Virus record (IMG/VR): IMGVR_UViG_3300024331_000037 | Span: 1-58,583 of that record | Source: a virus | Taxonomy: Duplodnaviria; Caudoviricetes | Length of the DNA: 58,583 bases | Reading direction: 5' to 3' (one strand) | Shown: positions 29,901 through 39,600 of the stretch, piece by piece | How positions within the stretch are numbered: position 1 is the first letter of the stretch | Layout: each line of letters opens with the position of its first letter | The notes under the pieces: generated by a model | What the model was told of the DNA's origin: nothing | The model's input: the letters and a program-made list of their open reading frames with translations, nothing else | Databases searched by the model: none | Made by a program: the position numbers and the translations under genes

Positions 29901-32900
29901 ATAAAAGCCATACACGTATGGGAAGAAATTGGAAGGCCGGATATTTCGGAAATCAAAGGCGACAAGTTGAAAGAATTTGCACAGAAATACGTGGATATGA
30001 AGCCAGAGGCAGAGGGTAAAGTACATACCTTCACTGGCGACAACGGTAATGCCATAAAAGTAGTAAGACACGGCGAAACAGAAGATAACAAACTATCCGA
30101 ATTTAGAGAGGACGATACGCAGTTAACCGATAAAGGGCAAGCGCAGGCAGCAAAAGCTGGAGAAAACCTTATTAAAGAAACGGGCGGCAACATTCCGAAA
30201 ATGATCTCATCGGATATGCCGCGTACATTACATACATCTGAAATTATTAATGACCAAATTTCTAAACATAGTTTTGTACAAAAAAGAAGCAATAAGGTAA
30301 AAACTTCTGACGCTCCCACTATGTCCGAAGTTAGCCATAGTTTGGATGAAAAGGGAACGCCTGGTTATAATATCGAAATCGGTAAAACATCAGCAGGTAC
30401 ACCAGAAATACCTAGAGAGCAAGCGCCAATTAAAGGATATAAATATGTGACATTCAGAGATAATGAAGGGAAGATAAAAGGATCGTTACAAATCAGCTAT
30501 CATGATTACGAAACTGGTAAAATAGGTGACAAGCCGCAGAATTTAAAAATATTTGTAGATGAGGCAGAGCGCGGGAAAGGTATAGGAGAAAAGTTATTGG
30601 CCACAGCAGAAAAAAACGGCATAGACTTATCTCACATTAAAAGTGAGCATATGACCGATGCTGGAGCCGCTTTAGTTCACAGGTACTTAAAAAATAAACA
30701 AAATGCCGTTTCAGAGCAAGCAGCAGGAAAAATGGGCGTTCGCAACGAACCAACCGTTCGCGGAGGAATGGGCGGCCAAGACCGACCAGAGCAGCCTGCC
30801 GGACAAGGTGAGCAACCCATCACCGAAGAAAAAGGTAAAGATGAGGGTCAAAAAGTCCCCGGCGAACCCGACAAAACAGACGAACTCCCCTTCATAGAAG
30901 AAGAAGGAGATAATGAAGTTACTAGCACTCGAAATGCCGTAGCTAAACAGAAGATTGAAGAGGCCGGTTTAAAAGAGCCAATGAAAGAAGCTGCCCGAGA
31001 GTTTGGTACAGTTTGGAAAGATGCACAGCAAAAAATAGCCAAAGGGTTTGACGTTGAAAAATTAATTAAATCGCTTGACAACAAACCACGCGCTGTTACC
31101 GATCTGGAAAACGCTATGATTCTTTTCCATCAGAACGTAAAGGAATCTCAATTAGATGCAGCGAATAAGGATATTGCCGAAGCTATAGATAAGAAAAAAC
31201 CGGATGAATTGGCTGACGCCGTTGAGCGGAGGGCTAAACTACTCGATGACTTACAATCCATTTACAACGTAGACAAGAAGATAGGACGGGAAACAGCCAG
31301 AGGGTTGAATGCCCGTAAAATGATGGCCGACCTACGTTTTTCGCTTGTCAATATGCAAATGGAAAAACGGGCTGCTAAATTGGGAGAACCTTTGTCGGAT
31401 GCTGAAATGAAAGAACTCCAAAAACAGCATGACGAAATCAAAGAGGCGAAAGAAGCGGTAGATGCCCGCGTAGCGGAATTGGAGAAAGAGAATGCAAGGC
31501 TAAAGGCTGAAAAAACCGTGTCGGGCGGCAAAGGTTGGGCACGTACCAAAAAAACAAAAGATCAGTTTAAAGACGAACGGAAAGATATTGTACAAAAGAT
31601 GCGGGCCGACTTGTTGAAAGCGGCTAAAGGAGGGGAAGGGCTGACTTCATCCGTTCCATTCGCCGCACAGTTGAAAGCCGTTGCACCACATATCAAAGAT
31701 TTGGTTAAAAGTTTCATAGAGGAAGGCGTAGACAAGTTAGATGATATTACTAAAAATATCATGGCTATTCTGAAACCAGAAATACCAGATATTGAAGAAA
31801 GGCATATCCACGATTTGATTGCAGGTGTTTACAACGAACCAGCAGCACCGAAAGAACCAACCAAATACCAAGAGATAAAAGAGCAGGCACAAGTACAAAA
31901 ATATCGCGCTACCGATCCTAAACTAATGAAAGCTCAAGCCGACTACGAGCGGGCCAAAGACAAATTCACACAGTCCTTAAAAGTCGATGAGCGCAAAAAC
32001 AGAACAGGATTTGAGAAAGTACAGGACGTATTTTTAAAATATGAGCGGGCGGCGAAATTGTCCAATCCGATTACATTGGGTAAGTTGGTTATGGCTGCTT
32101 TGACGCGATTAGGGACGACGCCACTCGAAAGCGGAGTGGGGGCGGTTTACTCTAAAATATTCCCCGGATTAGCAAAGAAAGCACCAGGGGAAGCGGGTGC
32201 AAACGTAGCGGCACTTGCCAAAGGGTACAAGGCGGCATTCATGCGCGGATTGGATGACGCGGCCACGGTTGCCAAAGGAGGAAAAACAGATATAGAGGCT
32301 ATATATGGTAAGAAAGGACAGTTGCCGCCAGAAGCCTTAGACTTTTTCGGGCAGTTGCATAGTGCCATTAAAGCCCCTGTTAAGCGATTTGCCTTCGAGC
32401 GGTCCTTCCAAAAACGGATGGCAAACAACATTAAGAACGGTACACCGATTGACGGCATGGTAGAAGCGCGTATTGCAATGGAGGCGTACAAAGATGCAGA
32501 GCGGTCAATCTTCATGCAAGACAATCCCATCTCTAAAGGATGGACAAATGCAATGGCCGCAATGGAACGGTCTGGTTCTAGTGGTGAACTGGCTGCAACG
32601 ATTGGCCGTTGGTTGCTCCCGTTTGTCAAAGTCCCCACCAATATATTAGGAGAAACCATTACCCATGTCGCCGGTCCTGAAATCGCTTTGACACAAATTA
32701 TCTCTAAAAGTTTAGGCAAAGGACTTAATAACTTGTCACAAGATGAGGCCGAAAGCATCATGCGGAACCTGAAAAAGGGTACTATAGGCCATGTAGCACT
32801 TATGGCTGGCTATCTAAACCCGCAGGTATTTGGGGGCTATTACCAGAAAGGCGAAAAGCGGGACGACAAAGACGTTAAAGTCGGAGATATGCGGGTATTA

Positions 32901-33356
32901 GGGATAAATATCCCAGCATGGGCATTAGAAGCGCCCATATTTCAAGCTATGCAAGTCGGGGCAACTGTCCGCCGCATAAAAGATACAATGGTAAAAGGGC
33001 AAGAAAAGGGCATAGGCGAAGGGGTGTGGGGCGGGGCATTGGGGCTTATGTCGCATGAACCGTTACTAGACGAACCTTCGAGAATTATGGGAGCCTTTTC
33101 GAGTGATAAAGAACGCGGTTATTTCTTTGGGGAACTGGCAAAAAGTACGCTTGTCCCGGCCATAGCAGACTACGCCGCTAAAGTGTCCGATCCGGCAGAT
33201 ACAAGATCGGTTGGCGAAAAGATGCTGGAACCAGAAAACAAACGATCCCCTGAAACCGTAGGTGAACACATCGAAAGCGGAATACCCGGACTTCGAGAAA
33301 ATACCCCAATTAAAAAACCAAAAGTAACCGGCCACAGACAAAGGCAACACCGATGA
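26961..33356 (+). CDS. Giant polyvalent ejection protein with histidine-phosphatase and GNAT domains
   Basis: 2131 aa; RHGETEDN/SSDMPRT/VTHSS motifs; IFVDEAERGKGIGEKL GNAT motif A; coiled coils. Confidence 0.75.
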   Translation: MAEETDILEPEVDEQQPDNGPVPQPPAKTPPQQPVLKDEDKQQLVKIITKMQQAGEPEDNIRAVVKRFQETRLATPATPVDKGIRQTTQNLSQPLQFNGTFQPDLEGEKKGLYLNDPDYQAQRKDFVGRIATDENGYKLYPEVHADGKLYNYYTQKELKNFDPHSLEGKIIEVPNTKAALDANNGKRFITPKYNWNTNSYDYPGVQTPDVPTQQTLPTATVYGSKTIPSKAGDAIQPQPIKDILAESDKQGGEFRSVLKNHTELSTDVVNTLNKLGDPYKASIKAGSQGMMNVLQKTVEDKYNLNRPLPANVDPNILNGHLNVLNNFDKNRNEFESQQQELQHQADLLADRAKRTGQPVNPEDADRLAQKAANNLQRWNAYTKAVNFAQNYVNQPEVKQYLSEFQKRQQGIGLMDEIRQRSFPKDTEAQIKQDEYDRKAIEGNTNVWDYLKTAGGAAGKGLANVAEGAAELAPSVLPAAFTNSKLYQQGIAPSYNAFLQKLNNNAQQFLSSNAPAISPEAVEQISKGKGGLSLLANDFAYTVGGFAPYILPGLAEEAGAAKAATFGMALSESLPTVRKEAESAGLTGSAYNTYLTAKPLVNAAFMTLLPNIKFAKGFENDVAKAVVEGEFNNPKKALLNMAAKAVKDPSDVAHLQAMLTGTNLGNAVVNQVTNGLQAKEDLQRGLSRKQGLSTDISGAFDPRQTAVMALAGKVLESVPTLKNALGDYRAGKDISETYNHIQSNLVELAATNNKAVSAKVDELLKKDPGNIYTQHLKNTLEDFAHAELRMPQGLEPEQKAALFSVQKEISQKQRQMAYADPVYQPHLQKNIDELTKQIPEILKDPKKANDYLKDSHKDFVENISSPKTDTDGKKTSNAPQTEGRQEIEKPSEGAATTLAGTETAPSIETNPAYRTLDYGDNKGKDENKEAQEKIKQEILSDEPIGKTGERFSQLLGRVIPEFKKSLDNDPHNTAIVTHSSVIKAIHVWEEIGRPDISEIKGDKLKEFAQKYVDMKPEAEGKVHTFTGDNGNAIKVVRHGETEDNKLSEFREDDTQLTDKGQAQAAKAGENLIKETGGNIPKMISSDMPRTLHTSEIINDQISKHSFVQKRSNKVKTSDAPTMSEVSHSLDEKGTPGYNIEIGKTSAGTPEIPREQAPIKGYKYVTFRDNEGKIKGSLQISYHDYETGKIGDKPQNLKIFVDEAERGKGIGEKLLATAEKNGIDLSHIKSEHMTDAGAALVHRYLKNKQNAVSEQAAGKMGVRNEPTVRGGMGGQDRPEQPAGQGEQPITEEKGKDEGQKVPGEPDKTDELPFIEEEGDNEVTSTRNAVAKQKIEEAGLKEPMKEAAREFGTVWKDAQQKIAKGFDVEKLIKSLDNKPRAVTDLENAMILFHQNVKESQLDAANKDIAEAIDKKKPDELADAVERRAKLLDDLQSIYNVDKKIGRETARGLNARKMMADLRFSLVNMQMEKRAAKLGEPLSDAEMKELQKQHDEIKEAKEAVDARVAELEKENARLKAEKTVSGGKGWARTKKTKDQFKDERKDIVQKMRADLLKAAKGGEGLTSSVPFAAQLKAVAPHIKDLVKSFIEEGVDKLDDITKNIMAILKPEIPDIEERHIHDLIAGVYNEPAAPKEPTKYQEIKEQAQVQKYRATDPKLMKAQADYERAKDKFTQSLKVDERKNRTGFEKVQDVFLKYERAAKLSNPITLGKLVMAALTRLGTTPLESGVGAVYSKIFPGLAKKAPGEAGANVAALAKGYKAAFMRGLDDAATVAKGGKTDIEAIYGKKGQLPPEALDFFGQLHSAIKAPVKRFAFERSFQKRMANNIKNGTPIDGMVEARIAMEAYKDAERSIFMQDNPISKGWTNAMAAMERSGSSGELAATIGRWLLPFVKVPTNILGETITHVAGPEIALTQIISKSLGKGLNNLSQDEAESIMRNLKKGTIGHVALMAGYLNPQVFGGYYQKGEKRDDKDVKVGDMRVLGINIPAWALEAPIFQAMQVGATVRRIKDTMVKGQEKGIGEGVWGGALGLMSHEPLLDEPSRIMGAFSSDKERGYFFGELAKSTLVPAIADYAAKVSDPADTRSVGEKMLEPENKRSPETVGEHIESGIPGLRENTPIKKPKVTGHRQRQHR
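30703..30897 (+). CDS. Nested +1-frame small protein (MPFxSK.Q..W.FA type)
   Basis: MPFQSKQQEKWAFATNQPFAEEWAAKTD..SLPDKV; A-rich leader AAAAAATAAACAAA-ATG. Confidence 0.55.
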   Translation: MPFQSKQQEKWAFATNQPFAEEWAAKTDQSSLPDKVSNPSPKKKVKMRVKKSPANPTKQTNSPS

Positions 33357-34321
33357 GGAAATTTTATGCCATATTACCAGATTCAGGCGGCGGGGAAACG
33401 TCGGTAATGCCTATACCGAATACGGCAGTTAGTCCCATTTCCGCGCCAGCCCCAAATATGGTAGCTCCATTACCTATCAATAAATCCGCTTTACCCACAC
33501 CTAATCCACGGTTAATTCCTACTCCTAACTATGCAGACCCCGCAGCCAGAAACCAATACCTGCAAAACTGGCAGAAGCTATATGGGCCATTAGAAGGCCG
33601 TGGCGACACCGTTTTAAAGGTAAATGAAATACCAAGAGCGGGAAGCGATACGGCTAAAAACCTATCTACGAAAGCCGCAAAGCAATACGGAATAGACCCC
33701 GCACTTCTGTACTCATCTGCAATGGAGGAAGGGATGAGCGGGCTATTCAAAAACCAATCAGGGGATAAGGACACGCACGGCAGAAAACCAGGGGAACCGG
33801 GGTATCAAGATTACTGGAATGACAAAGATTTTCCTATTAATGGGGGGCAAAGTTTCGGGTTTCAGACCTTTTCAGAACGATTCCCAGACTTGGTTAGGAA
33901 AGGGTATTTGACACCGGATTTTGCTAAAAACTTCAGGGGCTCCAAAGCATCCGCCGCCGATCCCGACCCTCTACATGATGCAAATAACTTTAAGACAACC
34001 GACGCTGCTTTACAGGCAAAAGCCGCCATGCTAAAGTACCACTATGATGACATAGATTCCTACGCAAAGCAACGTGGAATAACGTTATCGCCTAAAGCAA
34101 GGGACTTCTTTGCGTTGGCAGAATATAACGGCGGCGAAGGAACCGGGCATCAAATGTTAAATGACTACTACAACAATGGGCAATTAGAAGTGGATAAGTT
34201 TTTACAGGCCAGACCGACAAGCGGGAGGGGGTTAAAAGCAGATTCGTACAAGGCGGTCTACGATCACATAATTAGGCGCATAAAAATGTCTCAAGCCCTT
34301 CGCGAGCAACAGCTTTTTTAG
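33353..34321 (+). CDS. Lytic transglycosylase (SLT-like), probably virion-associated
   Basis: AAKQYGIDPALLYSSAMEE.MSG, G.Q, ALAEYNGGEG. Confidence 0.75.
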   Translation: MRKFYAILPDSGGGETSVMPIPNTAVSPISAPAPNMVAPLPINKSALPTPNPRLIPTPNYADPAARNQYLQNWQKLYGPLEGRGDTVLKVNEIPRAGSDTAKNLSTKAAKQYGIDPALLYSSAMEEGMSGLFKNQSGDKDTHGRKPGEPGYQDYWNDKDFPINGGQSFGFQTFSERFPDLVRKGYLTPDFAKNFRGSKASAADPDPLHDANNFKTTDAALQAKAAMLKYHYDDIDSYAKQRGITLSPKARDFFALAEYNGGEGTGHQMLNDYYNNGQLEVDKFLQARPTSGRGLKADSYKAVYDHIIRRIKMSQALREQQLF

Positions 34322-34329
34322 TATATTTG
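34322..34329 (+). promoter_or_regulatory. -7 promoter element
   Basis: TATATTTG directly upstream of the GIY-YIG gene. Confidence 0.6.
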
Positions 34330-34347
34330 GTTGTAAATTAATTAAAT

Positions 34348-35238
34348 ATGACAAAAGAGTGGGTTATATATAAAATAACAAATCCGGTAGGTGCGGTATA
34401 TATAGGCCGAACATGCAATTTTAATATGCGAATAGCACAGTATAGAACGAATAATTGCAAAAAACAACTAAAAATATATAATTCACTAGTAAAATACGGT
34501 TTTTCGTCACACTCTATAGAAATAATAGATTCTTTTTCTTCTGATGTTAATTATATGAAGGGCAAAGAACGTTTTTGGATTAAAACGTATATGAGCTATG
34601 GCAGCAAATATAGTACAAATGGCCTTAATTGCTCAGAAGGAGGGGACGGAGCATCTGAAAAATTTCATTCTGAAGAATCAAGAAAAAAAATGAGTGAAAC
34701 TAAAAAAAGAAATCCGAAGGTTTATACCCAAGAGATGAGAGATGCTATGTCTAAAAGAATGAAAGGGCATAAGTATAATAAACCAGGTAAAAAGGCACCT
34801 GAAGGGTGGGTTGAGAAAATGAGAATGTTACACACAGGCAATAAATACAACTTGGGCCGGAAACATTCGCCAGAATCTATAAAAAAAAGAGTTGAAAAAA
34901 CAAGAGGTAGAAAATTGACCGATAATGTAAGGGCTATATTTATTCAACAGGCGCAAAAAATATCTAGGTCTGTTTTGCAATATGACAAAGACGGAGTTTT
35001 CATAAAAGAGTACCCATCAATTACGGAGGCGGCAAATATTATAGGGTGTCATCGTACGCATATTGGTAGCGTGGTTATGGGACATACAAAAACAGTCAAA
35101 GGTTTTATATTCAAATACAAAGATGGGTCAACTCCAGAATTTAAACCAAAGAGAATTCCGCTATCTAAAGAAGAAAAAAACCGAAGAAAACTAGCTTATA
35201 TGAAGAAGAGATATATGCAAAAGAAGAGGTCATTTTGA
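34348..35238 (+). CDS. GIY-YIG homing endonuclease with NUMOD3/NUMOD1 motifs
   Basis: VIYKITN..GAVYIGRT, N.SEGG.G, HSEESRKKMSE, VLQYDKDG.FIKEY.SITEAA. Confidence 0.9.
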   Translation: MTKEWVIYKITNPVGAVYIGRTCNFNMRIAQYRTNNCKKQLKIYNSLVKYGFSSHSIEIIDSFSSDVNYMKGKERFWIKTYMSYGSKYSTNGLNCSEGGDGASEKFHSEESRKKMSETKKRNPKVYTQEMRDAMSKRMKGHKYNKPGKKAPEGWVEKMRMLHTGNKYNLGRKHSPESIKKRVEKTRGRKLTDNVRAIFIQQAQKISRSVLQYDKDGVFIKEYPSITEAANIIGCHRTHIGSVVMGHTKTVKGFIFKYKDGSTPEFKPKRIPLSKEEKNRRKLAYMKKRYMQKKRSF

Positions 35239-35282
35239 CCATAATATAACAATATTTTATTAATTTCGCTAAACGTTAACAA

Positions 35283-35798
35283 ATGCCTCTTTCGCCCGCT
35301 ATTTCAATTAGTTCTGTTAACACCGGAGGGACGACGGACCCGACGGCAATTATAATTAACGATATTTCAACTGGGAGCGACGGAGCCATTGCCAGCCGGT
35401 CAATTTCCATCTATACAGCAGCAAATGCCTTACTCGTACCTGCTATTCCGTGGGCATACCCTTCGCCAAATCCGATTACAATAAATCCGCTTGCTATTGA
35501 CATTGCACTTAACGTAGTTGTGGTTTGGTTAAACAATGTTGGAGCGGTTCTTTACACCGCGTCGGCTATCGCGGCTTTTACCGGCTTTGGGGAGAATTTC
35601 TACTACCAATTGACACAAACCGAATCTTCCTCTCCTGGCATTCTTCAGGATGTAAACTACCAGCAATACAGGACGAACCTACGAAATTATTTAGACGCGG
35701 CGGTACAAGCTATTTCAGTAGGGCAAAGTATCGGAAATAGTCAGGCTATGATTTTGAAAGAAAATTATTTAGTGGCAAATAAAAATACGTACTATTAG
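35283..35798 (+). CDS. Putative tail/fibre adaptor protein
   Basis: Beta N-terminus, helical C-terminus; start of fibre cluster. Confidence 0.55.
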   Translation: MPLSPAISISSVNTGGTTDPTAIIINDISTGSDGAIASRSISIYTAANALLVPAIPWAYPSPNPITINPLAIDIALNVVVVWLNNVGAVLYTASAIAAFTGFGENFYYQLTQTESSSPGILQDVNYQQYRTNLRNYLDAAVQAISVGQSIGNSQAMILKENYLVANKNTYY

Positions 35799-36661
35799 TG
35801 GCAACCGAATATAGCATATCGGCTTTGATTCAAATCGGCAAATTGTCGCAGGTATTGGCTAATGTTGACAACCAAAACAAACTATTATTAAATAGTGGCA
35901 ATTTAGACCCGCGTCTACCTATTTCAATTTATCAAGTTTGGAAACCTTTGTCATTGCGTTATGCAGCTAATCCCTCCGATCCAACACTTAGACAAGTTGC
36001 TGAATGGCTATGGCAATTATGCGGTCCTTATGGCATACAGGCGGCAAATATTATTAATAAAATAGGAGGTTCGGTCCCAGTTCTTTCAGGCCCTTCAAAC
36101 CAATCTGTCAATGTGGGGGCTACCGCGACATTTTCCGTATCTGTTTCGGGAGCGGCACCAATAAATTATCAGTGGTTTTCAAACGGGGTACTTATTCCGG
36201 GGGCAAATTCAGCATCTTATTCAGTCACCAACGCTCAATTGACGCAGAGCGGAAATACCTATTTTGTGACAGTTAATACTTCAGCGGGACTAATCGTTTC
36301 TAATACGGCCACCCTCACTGTGACAGCAAACCTACAAGGCGCATTCGGATACTTCGCAACTGATCCCGGCCCAACCTTACAAGGGGGTAGCGATCCATTT
36401 AGCTATCAGGAAACATTTGGCATAACAGCAGGTAACGCATGGGTAATGACTGTCCCTGTAGCGGCAACTCCTAATATGTTTATTGTAGTGAAAGGGCCTA
36501 GTAGCGAATCAGTTAAGACAACTTGGGCGAACGGTGGATTAAATTCTGGTTTTTTGCCCGACGTCGATTGGCAGTCACCGTTAGTAATTGGAACGCAAAG
36601 ATATTATTACACCAGGATTTCTATATCGCTTGATCCTACGCAAAATTTGCAATTATCGTAA
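35798..36661 (+). CDS. Ig-like domain structural protein
   Basis: P.NQSVNVGATATFSVSVSG..PINYQWF.NG..I.GA.SASY...GNTY.V.V. Confidence 0.8.
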   Translation: MATEYSISALIQIGKLSQVLANVDNQNKLLLNSGNLDPRLPISIYQVWKPLSLRYAANPSDPTLRQVAEWLWQLCGPYGIQAANIINKIGGSVPVLSGPSNQSVNVGATATFSVSVSGAAPINYQWFSNGVLIPGANSASYSVTNAQLTQSGNTYFVTVNTSAGLIVSNTATLTVTANLQGAFGYFATDPGPTLQGGSDPFSYQETFGITAGNAWVMTVPVAATPNMFIVVKGPSSESVKTTWANGGLNSGFLPDVDWQSPLVIGTQRYYYTRISISLDPTQNLQLS

Positions 36662-36662
36662 A

Positions 36663-39600
36663 ATGAAAAAGATATTACTTCCCATATTAATTCTGGTTAG
36701 CTTCTTTGGAAGTGCTCAAACGCATTACAATCCATCGCAGCAACCAGGATTTACATTCCCTATCAATAAACCCATAGGGCCAAACGGAAACTTTAATATT
36801 GAAGCGCGTAGCCTTAAAATGGATACGGTTAACTTCTTATATCGTTTGTATAATGGGACAGGGGAAATACTATCCTATCTTAATTTAGCTCAATTCCGTA
36901 GGGGATACTTCCCAATATATGCTAATGTTGGCGGGGCATTACAATCGAATGGTACGTTTATCGGTGGACAGACAGAAGTGTTTTGGTTTAAAAATGGTGT
37001 GGCAGATAGTAATTTAGTTCGCTGGTATACTGATTCTATTCCGCCCGGACTTGGATCAGTTACGAATGTTGCAGCTACAAACGCATTAGGATATACATGG
37101 ACGATAACAAACCCAACTACCACACCTAATATTTCTTTGAGTTTGACTGGCGGCGGCGATCTTTCAGGGACTTGGCCGTCGATCACAGTAAATTCAATAC
37201 AGGGGCATGACTTGTCCTACATACAGAATTATAACAATCTTTCAAACACGCCTGCACCTTTAACGCTCACCACAACAGGAACAAGCGGTGTAGCTACGTA
37301 TAATTCAGGTACAGGAGTTTTGAACATTCCAAACTATTCCGGTAGTGGTGGCGGATTATGCTTAAACTGTAACGCAGATACGATAGGGCATATCCCACTG
37401 AACTTTGTTTCTTTCTGTAATGGATGTGTGTTAACGTTAGATTCTGTAGCTGGAACGGCATCTTGGCAACCGCCAACCGGATCAGGGGGGCCTATACCGC
37501 CAAATATTGGTACAGGGTATAGGATTTATTCTCCACAAGTTCCAGGTTTAAGAAGTTTGATTTGCGCGTCAGGGTGTACGTTGGATTCTACGACTAATTC
37601 AAATTCTTTAACACTTACAATAACATCCGGCGGGGCGGGTACGGTTACAAGTTTTTCTGCAGGTAATTTAAGCGGGTTATTTACTACAGCAGTTTCAACG
37701 GCGACAACTACGCCAGCTCTTACCTTTACCGGGGCTACATTTCCAGCATATAACATTTATGGCAACAATACAGCTTCGCCAGCGGGGGCAATACAATTTG
37801 CGCCAACCTTTTCTATCCTAAATCAATGGGCGGGGGGTACAATTGCCTTATTGGGTAATATTCAAACATTTTCGGCTCTTAACACATTTAGTGGTGGATT
37901 AAAACTTTCTTCAAACGTAAGTTATTCGGCAGATAACACTTATGGAATAGGAGATGGAACAAATGGAGCTAATGATGTTTGGGCAAGATTCTTTGAATCA
38001 AATAGCCTCTTGAGCTTGGTATCCGGCGCATCTAGTGGGATTACTTTTTTTACCAATGGTGGCGGAGGTGCTAAGATGCTGTTAGCAAGTGGTGGACAAT
38101 TACAGTTAACCACTTACACGGGATCGGTAACGGGTACGCCGACTACTGTTGCAGAATTTGACGCGGCAGGTAATTTGATTCAAGGGGCTATCTCAGGGTT
38201 CACTAATAGCGTAACCAATTCTGACGGTACGTTAACGATTTCACCGACGTCTGGTAATGTAATAGCCTCTTTAAATTTAGCTCATGCGAATATGTGGAGT
38301 GCGTTACAGACGTTTGGGGCATTGACCGCTACAGGTACAGTTACGTTATCCGGGTTGTTGAGTGGCGGCGCAACGGATAGTGTGGTTACATGGAATCCAT
38401 CAACGCATGTGTTAGGAGTTACAACTAAATCTTTTCAATTATTTGCAGTACAAGGTGTTTCCTCGTTTTACTCCGGTGGGAATACGAATGTAGATACGAT
38501 TATTTTAGGTGGATCAAAGTCGCCGTTCTTTATGCCGGATACTATCGTTACACAAGGTCAATCGTTCTTGATTACAGGGCTGCCAAGCAAGGCATCATCC
38601 GTATCGACTGATAGCGTATTGGTCGAGGATGTAAATAAAAAGCTATGGTTGTTGCCTGTTCCTTCTGGCGGGGGTGGGGGATCACAGACGTTGCAGCAGG
38701 TATTCACGCAACAAAACCCAGCTATCTTAACCGTTTCAGATACTATTGATGCGGCAACAAATTCGGTTCCGCTAGTCTTAAAAGGTAATTTATTTTCATC
38801 GGCCAACGCTATATATACACTAGGTGGAGCTAATAACTTCCTTTCTGTAAACTCGCATCAATTTTTATCAAATAACAATTGGGTAGCTGGTGTTGGGTCT
38901 GCTTTTTCATATACGTTTAATATCAATTCATTGCCAGTATTTAATATAGCTAGTACTGGGCAGCAAAACTGGGCACCGTATATAGGTAACGTATTTGCCG
39001 GAACATTAACAGGCGGGAACCCTGATAGCGTAGTCACAATAAACAATGGTGCAGTTAGGAAAGTCCCGGCAGCTTCTTTCGGACTAGGCACAGTTACGAC
39101 ATTTAGCGCAGGGAATCTTTCGCCTTTATTCACCACTTCCGTAACCAATCCCACCACTACGCCTTCACTATCCTTTACTTTAAGTACAGCAGCGGCCAAT
39201 ACTGCTTTTGGTAACTTTACCGGCTCTACTGCCGCACCAGGATTTGGGAAAGTAAGCCTAGCAGCACAAGCAACAAATACAGCTAATACATTAATGGGGT
39301 ATGATGGGTCAGGTAATCCGTCAGATATAACGGCAGGGTCAGGAGTGACAATTGCGGCTGGTGTTATTAGCGCAAGCGGAGGGGGGACACCAGCATTATC
39401 TCCGGGGCATATTTTCGTTGGTAATGTATCTTCGGCGGCTACAGATACCGCTTTTGTGAATGATCAGCAAAACATGCAGCAGGTCAATTTATGGTACTCT
39501 GGGCAAGGTGATACAGCTATCAGCTTCATTACAAACTACAAATGGAATACCTTAGATTCTGTTCCGCTTCCATATTCTACCGTTGGTGCAACGAATGACT

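Noticed and set aside
29813-32761. Long antisense ORFs opposite structural genes
   Set aside because: Shadow frames without start signals or motifs
26961-33356. crAss-type virion RNA polymerase
   Set aside because: No DxDxD polymerase motif seen; head/tail layout only suggests a related Bacteroidota podovirus
36588-36662. ORF-track N-terminal extensions (also 42190, 13313, 19043, 46870)
   Set aside because: They overlap upstream genes; downstream starts give coupled genes and clean signal peptides
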